Shown here one piece after another: positions 8,706 to 17,587 of a stretch of DNA of 32,000 bases. The stretch covers positions 62,427 to 94,426 of the forward strand of contig NZ_WKJI01000004.1 of NCBI RefSeq assembly GCF_009674685.1. The letters run 5' to 3'. The position numbers and the translations under genes were made by a program. This DNA is from Pedobacter puniceum (lineage in GTDB: Bacteria > Bacteroidota > Bacteroidia > Sphingobacteriales > Sphingobacteriaceae). The first letter of the stretch is position 1; each line of letters begins with the position of its first letter. The notes below the pieces were generated by a model. The model had not been told where the DNA came from. It saw only the letters and a list, made by a program, of their open reading frames with translations, and did not search any database.

Positions 8706-8773
8706 TATATATTTCCCCTTACTGAAAATAAGATATACTATAGCTTGATTGTTAGTGAGGAAACTGCAAAATG

Positions 8774-8808
8774 AAAAATCCCCTTTAATTTTCTTAAAGA
8801 GGATTTTT
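8774..8808 (-). terminator. Intrinsic terminator following tRNA-Ala
   Basis: The minus strand reads AAAAATCCTCTTTAA-GAAAA-TTAAAGGGGATTTTT. This is a 13-15 bp stem with one mismatch plus a T-run, starting 9 nt after the tRNA 3' end. Confidence 0.7.
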
Positions 8809-8816
8809 AAATAATG

Positions 8817-8890
8817 TGGAGATTACCGGATTCGAACCGGTCACCTCTTGCCTGCCAGGCAAGCGCTCTAGCCAAATGAGCTAAACCCCC
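8817..8890 (-). tRNA. tRNA-Ala (anticodon GGC)
   Basis: The reverse complement GGGGGTTTAGCTCATTTGGCTAGAGCGCTTGCCTGGCAGGCAAGAGGTCACCGGTTCGAATCCGGTAATCTCCA folds as a 74-nt cloverleaf. The anticodon loop is CTGGCAG, the T-loop is GTTCGAATC, and the G3:U70 alanine identity pair is present. The discriminator is A and CCA is not encoded. Confidence 0.95.
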
Positions 8891-8905
8891 GTTTCTTAAA
8901 GTGAG

Positions 8906-8936
8906 CAAATATGTAAAAACTTAAGAGTATTTACAA
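8906..8936 (-). promoter_or_regulatory. Candidate promoter for tRNA-Ala (-33 TTG / -7 CATATTTG)
   Basis: On the minus strand, TTG (8936-8934) is followed by a 20-nt spacer and CATATTTG (8913-8906). This is 7 of 8 matches to TAnnTTTG. The box ends 15 nt upstream of the tRNA 5' end. Confidence 0.4.
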
Positions 8937-9302
8937 TACGGGCTCTAATAATTATGAAATTATTACAAACGGAAGCTCATTAAGCTTGACTAGGCAGTTT
9001 TTAGTTTTAAAGATTTAATATCTTCCATCAATAAAGCAGCTAACTGCTTATCAAATTTTTTAATCAAGTTTTTTACCTTGCTCGTAGTATTTTTAGTAGT
9101 TTCTATAGTTTTCATATGTTTGGTTTTTAGATTATAAGACGACTGATTTTATAATAGGTTACGAAAAACAATGCCAAATTGGTTTTTGAAATTTTTATTT
9201 TTTTATAACTATCTCATTATAAAGGAGATTAATTTTTACTTTCTAGTGTTTTATCTTCAAAAAAATATGATTTTATCCTGTTTTTTTACATCAATTATGA
9301 AT

Positions 9303-9310
9303 TATCTTTG
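9303..9310 (+). promoter_or_regulatory. Candidate -7 promoter box (TATCTTTG) for the lipoprotein gene
   Basis: Exact TAnnTTTG match, 16 nt upstream of the ATG at 9327. Confidence 0.3.
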
Positions 9311-9326
9311 TGAAATTTTTAAAAAC

Positions 9327-10724
9327 ATGAAAACCGTATTATCTATATTATTCTCATCCATATTATTTGTAATAGCTGGTTGTAGTACTAGCAAACAAGT
9401 AACAGCCTTAAAACCTCTTCCAGACTATTCTTCAACTACTGTTGTATATGATAAGCAATTATCATACATCAATATGCCTGTAGAAGTTAGCGTTGCCGAT
9501 TTACAAAATCAAACTAATAAGTATTTGGTAGGTATCATTTATGATGATAAATCTTTAGATGGTGATAACGTGATGATGAAAGTTACTAAAGAAGCTCCTA
9601 TAGCGATTAAAGAACAAAACGGAAGAATTTATATAGACCTTCCATTACGTATCAACGGAAAAGTTAAGTATGGTTTCGAGAGTTTAGGTGTTTCTATGTA
9701 CGATACTCGTGATTTTTATTTAAATGGCGTGGTAAAACTAAACTCTTTGGTGGCTTTAAAAGATTGGAAAATTAATACCAATACAGTTATTCAGGAAATT
9801 GTTTGGAAAGAAAGTCCTAGCATAAGCGTGGCGGGTAAAAATGTACCTATTACTTATTTAATTAACCCTGCAATTAGCGTTTTTAAAGGTAGATTATCTA
9901 AAATGGTTGATGACGCTATAGCACAATCTTTAGATATTAAACCTTATGTATTAGATGCTTTACAAGCTATTGCGGCTCCAATACAAGTTGATGAGCAATA
10001 TAATACTTGGTTTGCTATGCAGCCAGTAGAGATGTATGCTACTAAAGCTGTTGCGGCTAATAAAAAAATAACGGCTACTTTAGGCTTAAAGACTTATTTA
10101 GAAACTTCTGTAGGTAGAAAACCATCGCTTACTTTTAATAAAAATGCCATTGCTTTAAAAGCAGTAGATAAAATCCCTAACGAGTTTAAAGTTAATGTAG
10201 CTGCTTTTGCACCATACACTTATGCATCAGAAATTATACAGAAAAACTTTGCCGGACAGAAGTTCGAGTCTGGTAAAAAATCAGTAACAGTTAATAAAAT
10301 TGACCTTTGGGGTAAAGAAGGAAAAATGATTGTAGCTGTAAATATGAGTGGCTCTGTTAATGGAGATTTTTATCTTTCAGGGGTTCCGTTGTATGATGCT
10401 ACAACAAAAGAGGTATATCTAGATCAGGTAGATTATGTTTTAGATTCTAAAAGTAAACTCCTTAAAGCCGGAAGTTGGTTAGCACATGGTATCATCCTCA
10501 ATAAAATCAAACAAAATTGTCGTTTTTCTATTGCCTCTCAATTAGCAGAGGGAGAAAAATCAATGAAAAGCTATTTAACCAATTATCAACCTGTTAAGGG
10601 TGTAAAAGTAAATGGCGCTTTAAATCAGTTTACTCCAGATAAAATCATCTTAACGCCAAATGCTATTGTAGCCATGATGACTGCAAACGGAAAAGTTGCT
10701 GTAACTATAGATGGCTTAGAATAA
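9327..10724 (+). CDS. Lipoprotein of unknown function (DUF4403-like by recollection)
   Basis: The track ORF starts at 9171, but its first 52 codons are AT-rich junk. The Met at 9327 gives MKTVLSILFSSILFVIAGC, a signal peptide with a lipobox Cys. The resulting product is 465 aa. Confidence 0.8.
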   Translation: MKTVLSILFSSILFVIAGCSTSKQVTALKPLPDYSSTTVVYDKQLSYINMPVEVSVADLQNQTNKYLVGIIYDDKSLDGDNVMMKVTKEAPIAIKEQNGRIYIDLPLRINGKVKYGFESLGVSMYDTRDFYLNGVVKLNSLVALKDWKINTNTVIQEIVWKESPSISVAGKNVPITYLINPAISVFKGRLSKMVDDAIAQSLDIKPYVLDALQAIAAPIQVDEQYNTWFAMQPVEMYATKAVAANKKITATLGLKTYLETSVGRKPSLTFNKNAIALKAVDKIPNEFKVNVAAFAPYTYASEIIQKNFAGQKFESGKKSVTVNKIDLWGKEGKMIVAVNMSGSVNGDFYLSGVPLYDATTKEVYLDQVDYVLDSKSKLLKAGSWLAHGIILNKIKQNCRFSIASQLAEGEKSMKSYLTNYQPVKGVKVNGALNQFTPDKIILTPNAIVAMMTANGKVAVTIDGLE

Positions 10725-11405
10725 ATGATATATCCTACAAAAGAGCATTTCATCAATATCCACACGCATAAAAAGGCATCTAGCCGTCACGAGTGGATTT
10801 TGAGGAATGCTTTTTTTGTTTTACCACCTCAGACTTTGCATCATTTGGATTATGCTGTTTCCGTTGGCTTACATCCTTGGTTTGCTACTGAGGCTCAAGA
10901 TATATCCCAAAATTTAGCTTCTTATTTAAAACTTGAAAATGTATTAGCCATAGGTGAAATTGGCCTAGACCGAGTAAATGGACCTAATTTAGAACTGCAA
11001 AAGCAAGTTTTTCAAAAGCAATTAGCCATTGCAGAAGCTTATCAAAAACCAGTTATTATACATGCTGTTAAGGCTTACGCCGATGTAATGTCCTATCTAA
11101 AGCTGTTGTCTGTGCCGTTTTTATTGCATGGTTTTAATGGTAATCTGCATCAGCTAAATCAGTTTTTAAAATATCCTAAGGTGTATTTTTCTTTTGGGCA
11201 AGATTTGTTTTATGAAGATAGTAAAGCTGCAAAAACATTTAAGGAAGTACCAGCAGACCGTTTCTTTTTAGAAACAGATACAGCTCATTTACAGATTGAA
11301 GAGCTTTATCAGCAAGCGGCAAAAATCAGGAAAATGGAGATAGCGCAATTAAAAAGGCAGGTTTTTTATAATTTTGAGGCCGTTTTTAAAAGATTAACTA
11401 CATAA
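10725..11405 (+). CDS. TatD-family metal-dependent hydrolase
   Basis: 226-aa ORF starting directly after the preceding stop. It has the N-terminal INIHTH (HxH) motif, GEIGLD, IIHAV and LETD motifs typical of TatD-type hydrolases. Confidence 0.85.
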   Translation: MIYPTKEHFINIHTHKKASSRHEWILRNAFFVLPPQTLHHLDYAVSVGLHPWFATEAQDISQNLASYLKLENVLAIGEIGLDRVNGPNLELQKQVFQKQLAIAEAYQKPVIIHAVKAYADVMSYLKLLSVPFLLHGFNGNLHQLNQFLKYPKVYFSFGQDLFYEDSKAAKTFKEVPADRFFLETDTAHLQIEELYQQAAKIRKMEIAQLKRQVFYNFEAVFKRLTT

Positions 11406-11413
11406 ATAATATC

Positions 11414-12145
11414 ATGATTGAAATTCCTCATTGGATGTCTCGCACCAACTTATTGCTAGACAATCATCAAATGCAAAAATTAATAAATGCCAATGTATTG
11501 GTAGTGGGTTTAGGTGGTGTAGGAGGCATTTGTGCAGAAATGATAGCCAGAGCTGGTGTAGGTAAAATGACTATTGTAGATGCTGATGTGGTAGAAGCAA
11601 GTAATCGTAACAGACAAATTCCTGCTTTAATATCTACCGATAATCAGCCTAAAGCAGAAGTAATGGCTCAGCGTTTACGTGACATTAATCCTGATATAGA
11701 TTTAACTGTTATTAATGAATACATCAAAGACGAGCGTACTGAAGAAATTCTTAATGAAGGTAATTTTGATTATGCCGTAGATTGTATTGATACGCTTTCT
11801 CCAAAAGTATTTTTTATCCAAACCTGCTTAGAAAAAGGCATTCCTTTAGTGTCATCTATGGGTGCTGGCGGTAGGCTAGACCCCTCAAAAGTGAGAATTT
11901 CAGATATATCTGCCTCATATAATTGTACTTTAGCCCGCTATGTAAGAAAAAGGTTAAAGAAATTTGGTATTAGAAAAGGCTTGAAAGTGGTGTTCTCATC
12001 AGAACTTCCTGATGCAAATAAAGTTATCTTAGCGCCAGAAGGTGGTCCTAAAAAGTCTTTAATTGGTACAGTTTCCTGGATGCCGGCCATATTTGGCTGT
12101 ACGGTAGCCAGTGTAGTTATCAGAGATTTGTATAATAAAGCTTAA
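11414..12145 (+). CDS. tcdA: tRNA threonylcarbamoyladenosine dehydratase (ThiF/E1-like)
   Basis: 243-aa ORF with the ThiF-type nucleotide-binding loop VVGLGGVGG. Its length and layout are typical of TcdA/CsdL. Confidence 0.82.
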   Translation: MIEIPHWMSRTNLLLDNHQMQKLINANVLVVGLGGVGGICAEMIARAGVGKMTIVDADVVEASNRNRQIPALISTDNQPKAEVMAQRLRDINPDIDLTVINEYIKDERTEEILNEGNFDYAVDCIDTLSPKVFFIQTCLEKGIPLVSSMGAGGRLDPSKVRISDISASYNCTLARYVRKRLKKFGIRKGLKVVFSSELPDANKVILAPEGGPKKSLIGTVSWMPAIFGCTVASVVIRDLYNKA

Positions 12146-12325
12146 TTAAAGCTCCTTAATAATTATTATTAAGCGTTTGGATGTTTGTAATTTGGTTTTA
12201 AGCCTGGCTTATCCAGAATGTCTAAATGTTAATAAATCATATTTGCCCCTTTTGCGTAAAATTTTAGCTTTGTACAAGGGAAAATATGATGTTTTCTCAT
12301 TTTCCATATCAATCTATAAAAAGAA

Positions 12326-14251
12326 ATGGCTGAATTACAAGTGAATTACAGTGAAGATAGCATACGTTCGCTCGATTGGAAAGAACACATTAGGCTCAGA
12401 CCTGGTATGTACATCGGGAAACTAGGAGACGGTTCTGCTTTTGATGATGGTGTTTATGTTCTCCTGAAAGAGATTATGGACAACTCTATAGATGAGTTTG
12501 TGATGGGTGCAGGTAGAACCATAGACATTTCTGTTAGTGACCATAAAGTTTCTATCAGAGATTATGGTAGAGGTATACCTTTAGGGAAAGTAATAGATTG
12601 CGTAAGTAAAATAAACACTGGTGGTAAGTACGATTCTAAAGCCTTTCAAAAATCTGTTGGCTTAAACGGGGTAGGTACTAAAGCCGTTAACGCTTTATCT
12701 GCATCTTTTACGGTTCAATCTTACCGAGATGGAAAAACAAAAAAAGCCGAATTTGAAAAGGGAGAATTAGTTAAAGATAATCCTGAAATAGAAACTACGC
12801 AAAGAAATGGTACAGCAGTAGTTTTTATTCCTGATGAAAGCATTTTTAGGAATTTTAGATTTATACCAGAGTTTATTGAGAACATGATTTGGAATTATGT
12901 TTTCTTAAATGCTGGTTTAACCATCAATTTTAATAATCAAAAATACTTCTCAGAAAGAGGCTTACATGATTTATTGGTAAGAAATACCGATGCAGAAGCT
13001 AACAGATATCCAATTATCCATTTAAAAGGAGAAGATATTGAAATAGCCATGACGCATGGGCAACAATACGGCGAAGAGTATTATTCTTTCGTGAACGGGC
13101 AGCATACCACTCAGGGCGGCACACATCAGCAAGCTTTTAGAGAAGCTGTGGTGCGTACCATCAGAGAATTTTATAAAAAAGAATTTGATGCCTCTGATGT
13201 TAGGGCTTCTATTGTAGCGGCAGTTTCTATCAGGGTTCAAGAACCTGTTTTTGAGTCGCAAACCAAAACTAAACTAGGTTCTTTAAATGTTGGTCCTGAT
13301 GGTCCTACGGTTAGAACTTTTGTTAATGATTTTGTTAAGAAAGAACTAGACGATTATTTACACAAGCATCCGGAAACGGCAGATGCCTTATTAAAGCGTA
13401 TTCTGCAATCAGAAAGGGAGCGTAAAGATATAGCTGGTATCAAAAAACTAGCTAACGAAAGAGCCAAAAAAGCTTCTTTACATAATCGTAAGCTAAGAGA
13501 TTGTAAATGGCATATGGATGATGAGAAACTCTCTGAAGAAGACCGTAAAAAGACAACTTTATTTATTACCGAGGGGGACTCGGCTTCAGGTTCTATCACC
13601 AAAGCTCGCGAAGTAAAAACACAGGCTGTTTTCAGTTTAAAAGGTAAACCATTAAATGCTTATGGTTTAACCAAAAAAGTAGTGTATGAGAATGAAGAAT
13701 TTAACCTTTTGCAACACGCTTTAAATATTGAAGATGGTTTAGAAGGTTTACGCTACAATAATATTGTAATTGCAACAGATGCCGATGTGGATGGAATGCA
13801 CATCCGTTTATTATTAATGACATTCTTTTTGCAATTTTTTCCTGATTTGGTAAAAACAGGTCACGTTTTTATTTTACAAACGCCATTATTTAGGGTAAGA
13901 AATAAAAAAGAAACCATTTATTGTTATAGTGATGAAGAACGGGTTCTAGCTATTGATAAATTGGGTAATAAGCCAGAAATCACCAGATTTAAAGGTTTGG
14001 GAGAAATCTCTCCGGATGAGTTTGAAAACTTTATTGGTGAAGATATCAGATTAGATCCTGTTATTTTATCAGGCGATATGAAAATCAAAAACTTACTGGA
14101 GTATTATATGGGAAAAAACACTCCGGATAGGCAAAAACATATTGTACAAAATTTAAGAATAGAGAAAGACGAAGCTGATATTATTGCTGATGCTAAAGCA
14201 GTACAAGATGCAGCAGATGCTTTATTGGCTAGTAAGGAAAACGCGGCTTAA
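12326..14251 (+). CDS. parE: DNA topoisomerase IV subunit B
   Basis: 641-aa type IIA topoisomerase ATPase/TOPRIM subunit. It shows [14 protein letters not shown], the TOPRIM EGDSA, and DADVDGMHI. It is shorter than GyrB and sits in one unit with the ParC-type A subunit. Confidence 0.9.
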   Translation: MAELQVNYSEDSIRSLDWKEHIRLRPGMYIGKLGDGSAFDDGVYVLLKEIMDNSIDEFVMGAGRTIDISVSDHKVSIRDYGRGIPLGKVIDCVSKINTGGKYDSKAFQKSVGLNGVGTKAVNALSASFTVQSYRDGKTKKAEFEKGELVKDNPEIETTQRNGTAVVFIPDESIFRNFRFIPEFIENMIWNYVFLNAGLTINFNNQKYFSERGLHDLLVRNTDAEANRYPIIHLKGEDIEIAMTHGQQYGEEYYSFVNGQHTTQGGTHQQAFREAVVRTIREFYKKEFDASDVRASIVAAVSIRVQEPVFESQTKTKLGSLNVGPDGPTVRTFVNDFVKKELDDYLHKHPETADALLKRILQSERERKDIAGIKKLANERAKKASLHNRKLRDCKWHMDDEKLSEEDRKKTTLFITEGDSASGSITKAREVKTQAVFSLKGKPLNAYGLTKKVVYENEEFNLLQHALNIEDGLEGLRYNNIVIATDADVDGMHIRLLLMTFFLQFFPDLVKTGHVFILQTPLFRVRNKKETIYCYSDEERVLAIDKLGNKPEITRFKGLGEISPDEFENFIGEDIRLDPVILSGDMKIKNLLEYYMGKNTPDRQKHIVQNLRIEKDEADIIADAKAVQDAADALLASKENAA

Positions 14252-14742
14252 TGGAAGTTAAAAATATAACCATAGCTTACGAGGCTTACACAGGTATTGA
14301 TGAACTTTCTGCCCAAGACAAGCAATTGTGTTTAGAAGCTGTTAAAGCCATGGAGACTTCTTATTCTCCTTATTCTAAATTTAGGGTGGGTGCTGCAGTT
14401 TTGTTAAGTAATAAACAGATTGTTAGAGGAAGCAATCAAGAAAATGCCGCTTATCCATCGGGTTTATGTGCAGAAAGGGTCGCACTTTTTGCTGCAGGAG
14501 CTAATTTTCCAAATGAAGAAATAGTTACGATAGCAGTTACAGCATCAACACAAGAGTTTCAATTATTAAGACCTGTTACTTCTTGTGGACCTTGTTTGCA
14601 GGTAATGGCTGAGTATGAACAGAAGCAAGATAAACCCATAGAGGTTTTGCTTTATTGTATTGGCGGAGAAGTTTGGAAAGTTAAAGGTGTCAATAGCTTT
14701 TTACCGATGATGTTTTTTGAAAAAAGGTTGGGTAAAGGGTAG
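14251..14742 (+). CDS. cdd: Cytidine deaminase
   Basis: 163-aa ORF with the zinc motifs CAERVA and PCGPCLQ of the cytidine/deoxycytidylate deaminase fold. Its ATG overlaps the parE TAA (TAATG). Confidence 0.9.
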   Translation: MEVKNITIAYEAYTGIDELSAQDKQLCLEAVKAMETSYSPYSKFRVGAAVLLSNKQIVRGSNQENAAYPSGLCAERVALFAAGANFPNEEIVTIAVTASTQEFQLLRPVTSCGPCLQVMAEYEQKQDKPIEVLLYCIGGEVWKVKGVNSFLPMMFFEKRLGKG

Positions 14743-14810
14743 AGTTGCTTCGAATAAACTGAATAAGCACATATATAAGGAAATGATTTAATCTTTGCGA
14801 TTAATATAAT

Positions 14811-17519
14811 ATGGAAGAAAACAATTACGAAAACGAAGAAGTACTTCATAATGTAACGCCTATAAATGGCTTATACGAGAACTGGTTCTTAGATTATGCT
14901 TCTTATGTAATTTTGGATAGGGCGGTACCTCATATACATGATGGTTTAAAGCCTGTACAAAGACGTATTCTTCACTCTTTAAAAGAAATGGACGACGGTC
15001 GTTTTAACAAAGCGGCAAACGTTATTGGTAATACCATGAAGTATCATCCGCATGGTGATGCCTCTATTGGCGATGCCATGGTACAAATTGGTCAGAAAAA
15101 TCTTTTAATAGACACACAAGGAAACTGGGGAGATCCAATTACCGGAGATTCTGCTGCAGCCCCACGTTATATAGAAGCCAGGCTCTCTAAGTTTGCATTA
15201 GATGTAGTTTTTAATCCCGATACTACAGAGTGGCAAGCCTCTTATGATGGTAGAAATAAAGAGCCAGTTACACTGCCCGTAAAATTTCCATTGTTATTGG
15301 CGCAAGGTGCAGAAGGTATAGCTGTTGGATTAGCTACGAAGGTTATGCCGCACAACTTTGTTGAGTTAATTGATGCTTCAATAGAGGTTTTAAAAGGAAA
15401 TAGACCAGATATCCTTCCTGATTTTCAAACCGGAGGTATGGCAGATTTTTCTGCTTATAATGAAGGTCAACGCGGTGGAAAAGTAAGGGTTAGGGCTAAA
15501 ATATCTGAGCTTGATAAAAAGACTTTAGTTATTACCGAAATCCCTTTCAGCACCACAACTATTGGCTTAATTGATAGTATTATCGCAGCTAATGATAAGG
15601 GGAAAATCAAAATCAAAAAAATAGAAGATAATACAGCTAAAGATGTAGAGATTTTGATTCATTTGGCGCCAGGTATATCACCAGATGTTACCATAGACGC
15701 TTTGTATGCTTTTACAGCTTGTGAAACATCTATATCTCCAAATACTTGTGTTATCAAAGGCGATAAGCCTCATTTTATGAGTGTCAATGATATTCTGATA
15801 GAGAGTACACATTACACCAAAAACTTATTAAAAAGAGAGTTAGAGATTAAATTGCATGATTTGCAAGAGAAAATTTTCTTTAGCTCATTACTGAAAATAT
15901 TCATTCAGGAAGGGATGTATAAACATCCTGAATATGAAAACTCATCAAATTTTGAGGAAGTTGTAAAAGTATTACACCAACTTTTCGAGCCTTTTAAGCC
16001 ATCTCTTTACAGAGAGATTTTACCCGAAGATTTTAAAAGATTGATTGATAAACCTATGAGTAGCATCACCCGCTTTGATGTTAAAAAAGCGGATGAGCAA
16101 ATGGCTGCTTTAGAAAAAGAAATCACTCAAGTAAAAAAGAATTTAAAGAACCTTACAGATTTTGCTATTGATTATTTTTTAAGACTTAAAGAAAAGTACG
16201 GAAAAGATAGAGGTCGCAAAACAGAAATTAGAGCTTTTGACAAGGTAGAGGCCTCTCAAGTAGCTTTAGCAAATACCAAGTTTTATGTAAACCGTGAAGA
16301 TGGTTTTGTAGGAACAGGCTTAAGAAAAGATGAATATGTATTTGATTGTTCTGATTTAGACGATATCATTGTTTTCAGAGAAGATGGTATCTGCTTGGTA
16401 ACCAAAGTTCAAGACAAAACCTTCGTAGGGAAAGGTATTTTACATGTTGGAGTATTTAAAAAGAACGACGACCGTACCATTTATAACATGATTTACAAAG
16501 ATGGTAAAACAGGCACATCTTACATCAAAAGATTTGCTGTTGGTGGCGTTACCAGAGATAAAGAATACGATTTAACAAAAGGCACCAAAGGCTCTAAAGT
16601 ATTATATTTTACAGCAAACCCTAACGGAGAGGCAGAAGTTGTAAATGTAGCTTTAAAGCCGATGTCTAAACTCCGTAAATTAAGTTTCGATTTAGATTTT
16701 GCCGAGACAGCTATTAAAGGGAGAGCCTCGCAGGGTAATATCGCAACCAAATATGCAGTAAAGAAAATCACCTTAAAATCTAAAGGAGTTTCTACCCTTG
16801 CTGGAAGAAGAATTTGGTTTGATGATGTAGTAAAACGCCTAAATGAAAACGGCCATGGACGTTTCTTAGGTGAGTTCCAAGCAGAAGATAAAATATTATG
16901 TGTTTTTGCTGATGGCAGCTACGAGCTTAGTAGTTTTGATTTAACCAACCATTTTGATGATAAAATGGTGAGGATGGAAAAGTTTAATCCAGAAGCTATC
17001 TATTCTGTTATCCATCAAGACGGAAAATCAAAAGTTTACTACATTAAACGCTTTAAATTTGAGGATATAGCTATAGGTAAAAGAATTGGCTTCATTAATG
17101 AAGAATCTGGCTCTAAGATGATTATCATTACAAAAGCCCAACATCCAATAGTGAAAATAGAGGCATTAAAAGGTAAAAGCCAACTTTTTGATGAAAGCGA
17201 GGTTAATTTAGCCGAGTTGATAGATGTAAAAGGCATGAAAGCACAAGGGAATAAGTTAAGTCCGCATGATGTGCAGAAAGTAACTTTATTAACTGATGAA
17301 CAAGCCGAAGAACCAGAAGAAGAAAAGCCGGAAACATCTCTAGAAGAGGATGAAGTAGATGAATTAGAAAACTCCACAGTAGAGGTCGCAGATGAAGCTG
17401 ATGGAGATGAAAAACAGCCAGAAAAGGTAGAGGTAAAACCAGTAAAAAAAATAGATTTTGAAATTACCAATCCCGATGACATTGATATAGACGACAAAGG
17501 GCAATTGGGATTATTTTAA
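14811..17519 (+). CDS. parC: DNA topoisomerase IV subunit A with acidic C-terminal tail
   Basis: 902-aa ORF with FLDYASYVILDRAVP..DGLKPVQRRIL, a YHPHGD-type motif (KYHPHGDAS) and AAPRYIEARL, where the active-site Tyr context lies. I saw no GyrA-box. The last roughly 75 aa are D/E-rich. Confidence 0.9.
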   Translation: MEENNYENEEVLHNVTPINGLYENWFLDYASYVILDRAVPHIHDGLKPVQRRILHSLKEMDDGRFNKAANVIGNTMKYHPHGDASIGDAMVQIGQKNLLIDTQGNWGDPITGDSAAAPRYIEARLSKFALDVVFNPDTTEWQASYDGRNKEPVTLPVKFPLLLAQGAEGIAVGLATKVMPHNFVELIDASIEVLKGNRPDILPDFQTGGMADFSAYNEGQRGGKVRVRAKISELDKKTLVITEIPFSTTTIGLIDSIIAANDKGKIKIKKIEDNTAKDVEILIHLAPGISPDVTIDALYAFTACETSISPNTCVIKGDKPHFMSVNDILIESTHYTKNLLKRELEIKLHDLQEKIFFSSLLKIFIQEGMYKHPEYENSSNFEEVVKVLHQLFEPFKPSLYREILPEDFKRLIDKPMSSITRFDVKKADEQMAALEKEITQVKKNLKNLTDFAIDYFLRLKEKYGKDRGRKTEIRAFDKVEASQVALANTKFYVNREDGFVGTGLRKDEYVFDCSDLDDIIVFREDGICLVTKVQDKTFVGKGILHVGVFKKNDDRTIYNMIYKDGKTGTSYIKRFAVGGVTRDKEYDLTKGTKGSKVLYFTANPNGEAEVVNVALKPMSKLRKLSFDLDFAETAIKGRASQGNIATKYAVKKITLKSKGVSTLAGRRIWFDDVVKRLNENGHGRFLGEFQAEDKILCVFADGSYELSSFDLTNHFDDKMVRMEKFNPEAIYSVIHQDGKSKVYYIKRFKFEDIAIGKRIGFINEESGSKMIIITKAQHPIVKIEALKGKSQLFDESEVNLAELIDVKGMKAQGNKLSPHDVQKVTLLTDEQAEEPEEEKPETSLEEDEVDELENSTVEVADEADGDEKQPEKVEVKPVKKIDFEITNPDDIDIDDKGQLGLF

Positions 17520-17524
17520 ATATA

Positions 17525-17556
17525 AAAAAGGCGAAATTTTAAAATTTCGCCTTTTT
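17525..17556 (+). terminator. Intrinsic terminator after parC
   Basis: AAAAAGGCGAAATTTT pairs perfectly with AAAATTTCGCCTTTTT, followed by a T-run, starting 6 nt after the parC stop. Confidence 0.85.
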
Positions 17557-17587
17557 GTTTGGATTAAATTTTGCTTAAAGCTTTTTA

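Noticed and set aside
8990-9115. 41-aa minus-strand ORF (MKTIETTKNTTSKVKNLIKKFDKQLAALLMEDIKSLKLKTA) upstream of the tRNA
   Set aside because: It has no recognisable family and is very short. It overlaps the likely tRNA upstream control region, so I cannot support it as a gene without expression or conservation data.
9171-9326. N-terminal 52-codon extension of the lipoprotein ORF (track start 9171)
   Set aside because: The extension (MPNWFLKFLFFYNYLIIKEINFYFLVFYLQKN...) is an AT-rich intergenic-like translation. A canonical signal peptide with lipobox begins at Met 9327 and is preceded by an exact TAnnTTTG box.
12286-12333. 15-codon uORF ([15 protein letters not shown]) overlapping the parE start codon
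   Set aside because: An ORF this short is expected by chance in a 180-bp AT-rich leader. It has no attenuator-like hairpins or codon runs. It would also be the only TGA-terminated frame in the window.
13022-13602. Antisense ORFs 13022-13261 and 13354-13602 inside parE
   Set aside because: They are embedded opposite a well-supported topoisomerase gene and show no motifs.
14652-14849. 65-aa minus-strand ORF spanning the cdd-parC intergenic region
   Set aside because: It overlaps both the cdd 3' end and the parC 5' end in antisense. Its hydrophobic AT-rich translation looks like a chance ORF.
16520-17497. Antisense ORFs 16520-16771 and 17039-17497 inside parC, the latter very Ser-rich
   Set aside because: The Ser-rich product is simply the mirror of the GAA/GAT-rich acidic tail codons of ParC, so it is a shadow ORF.
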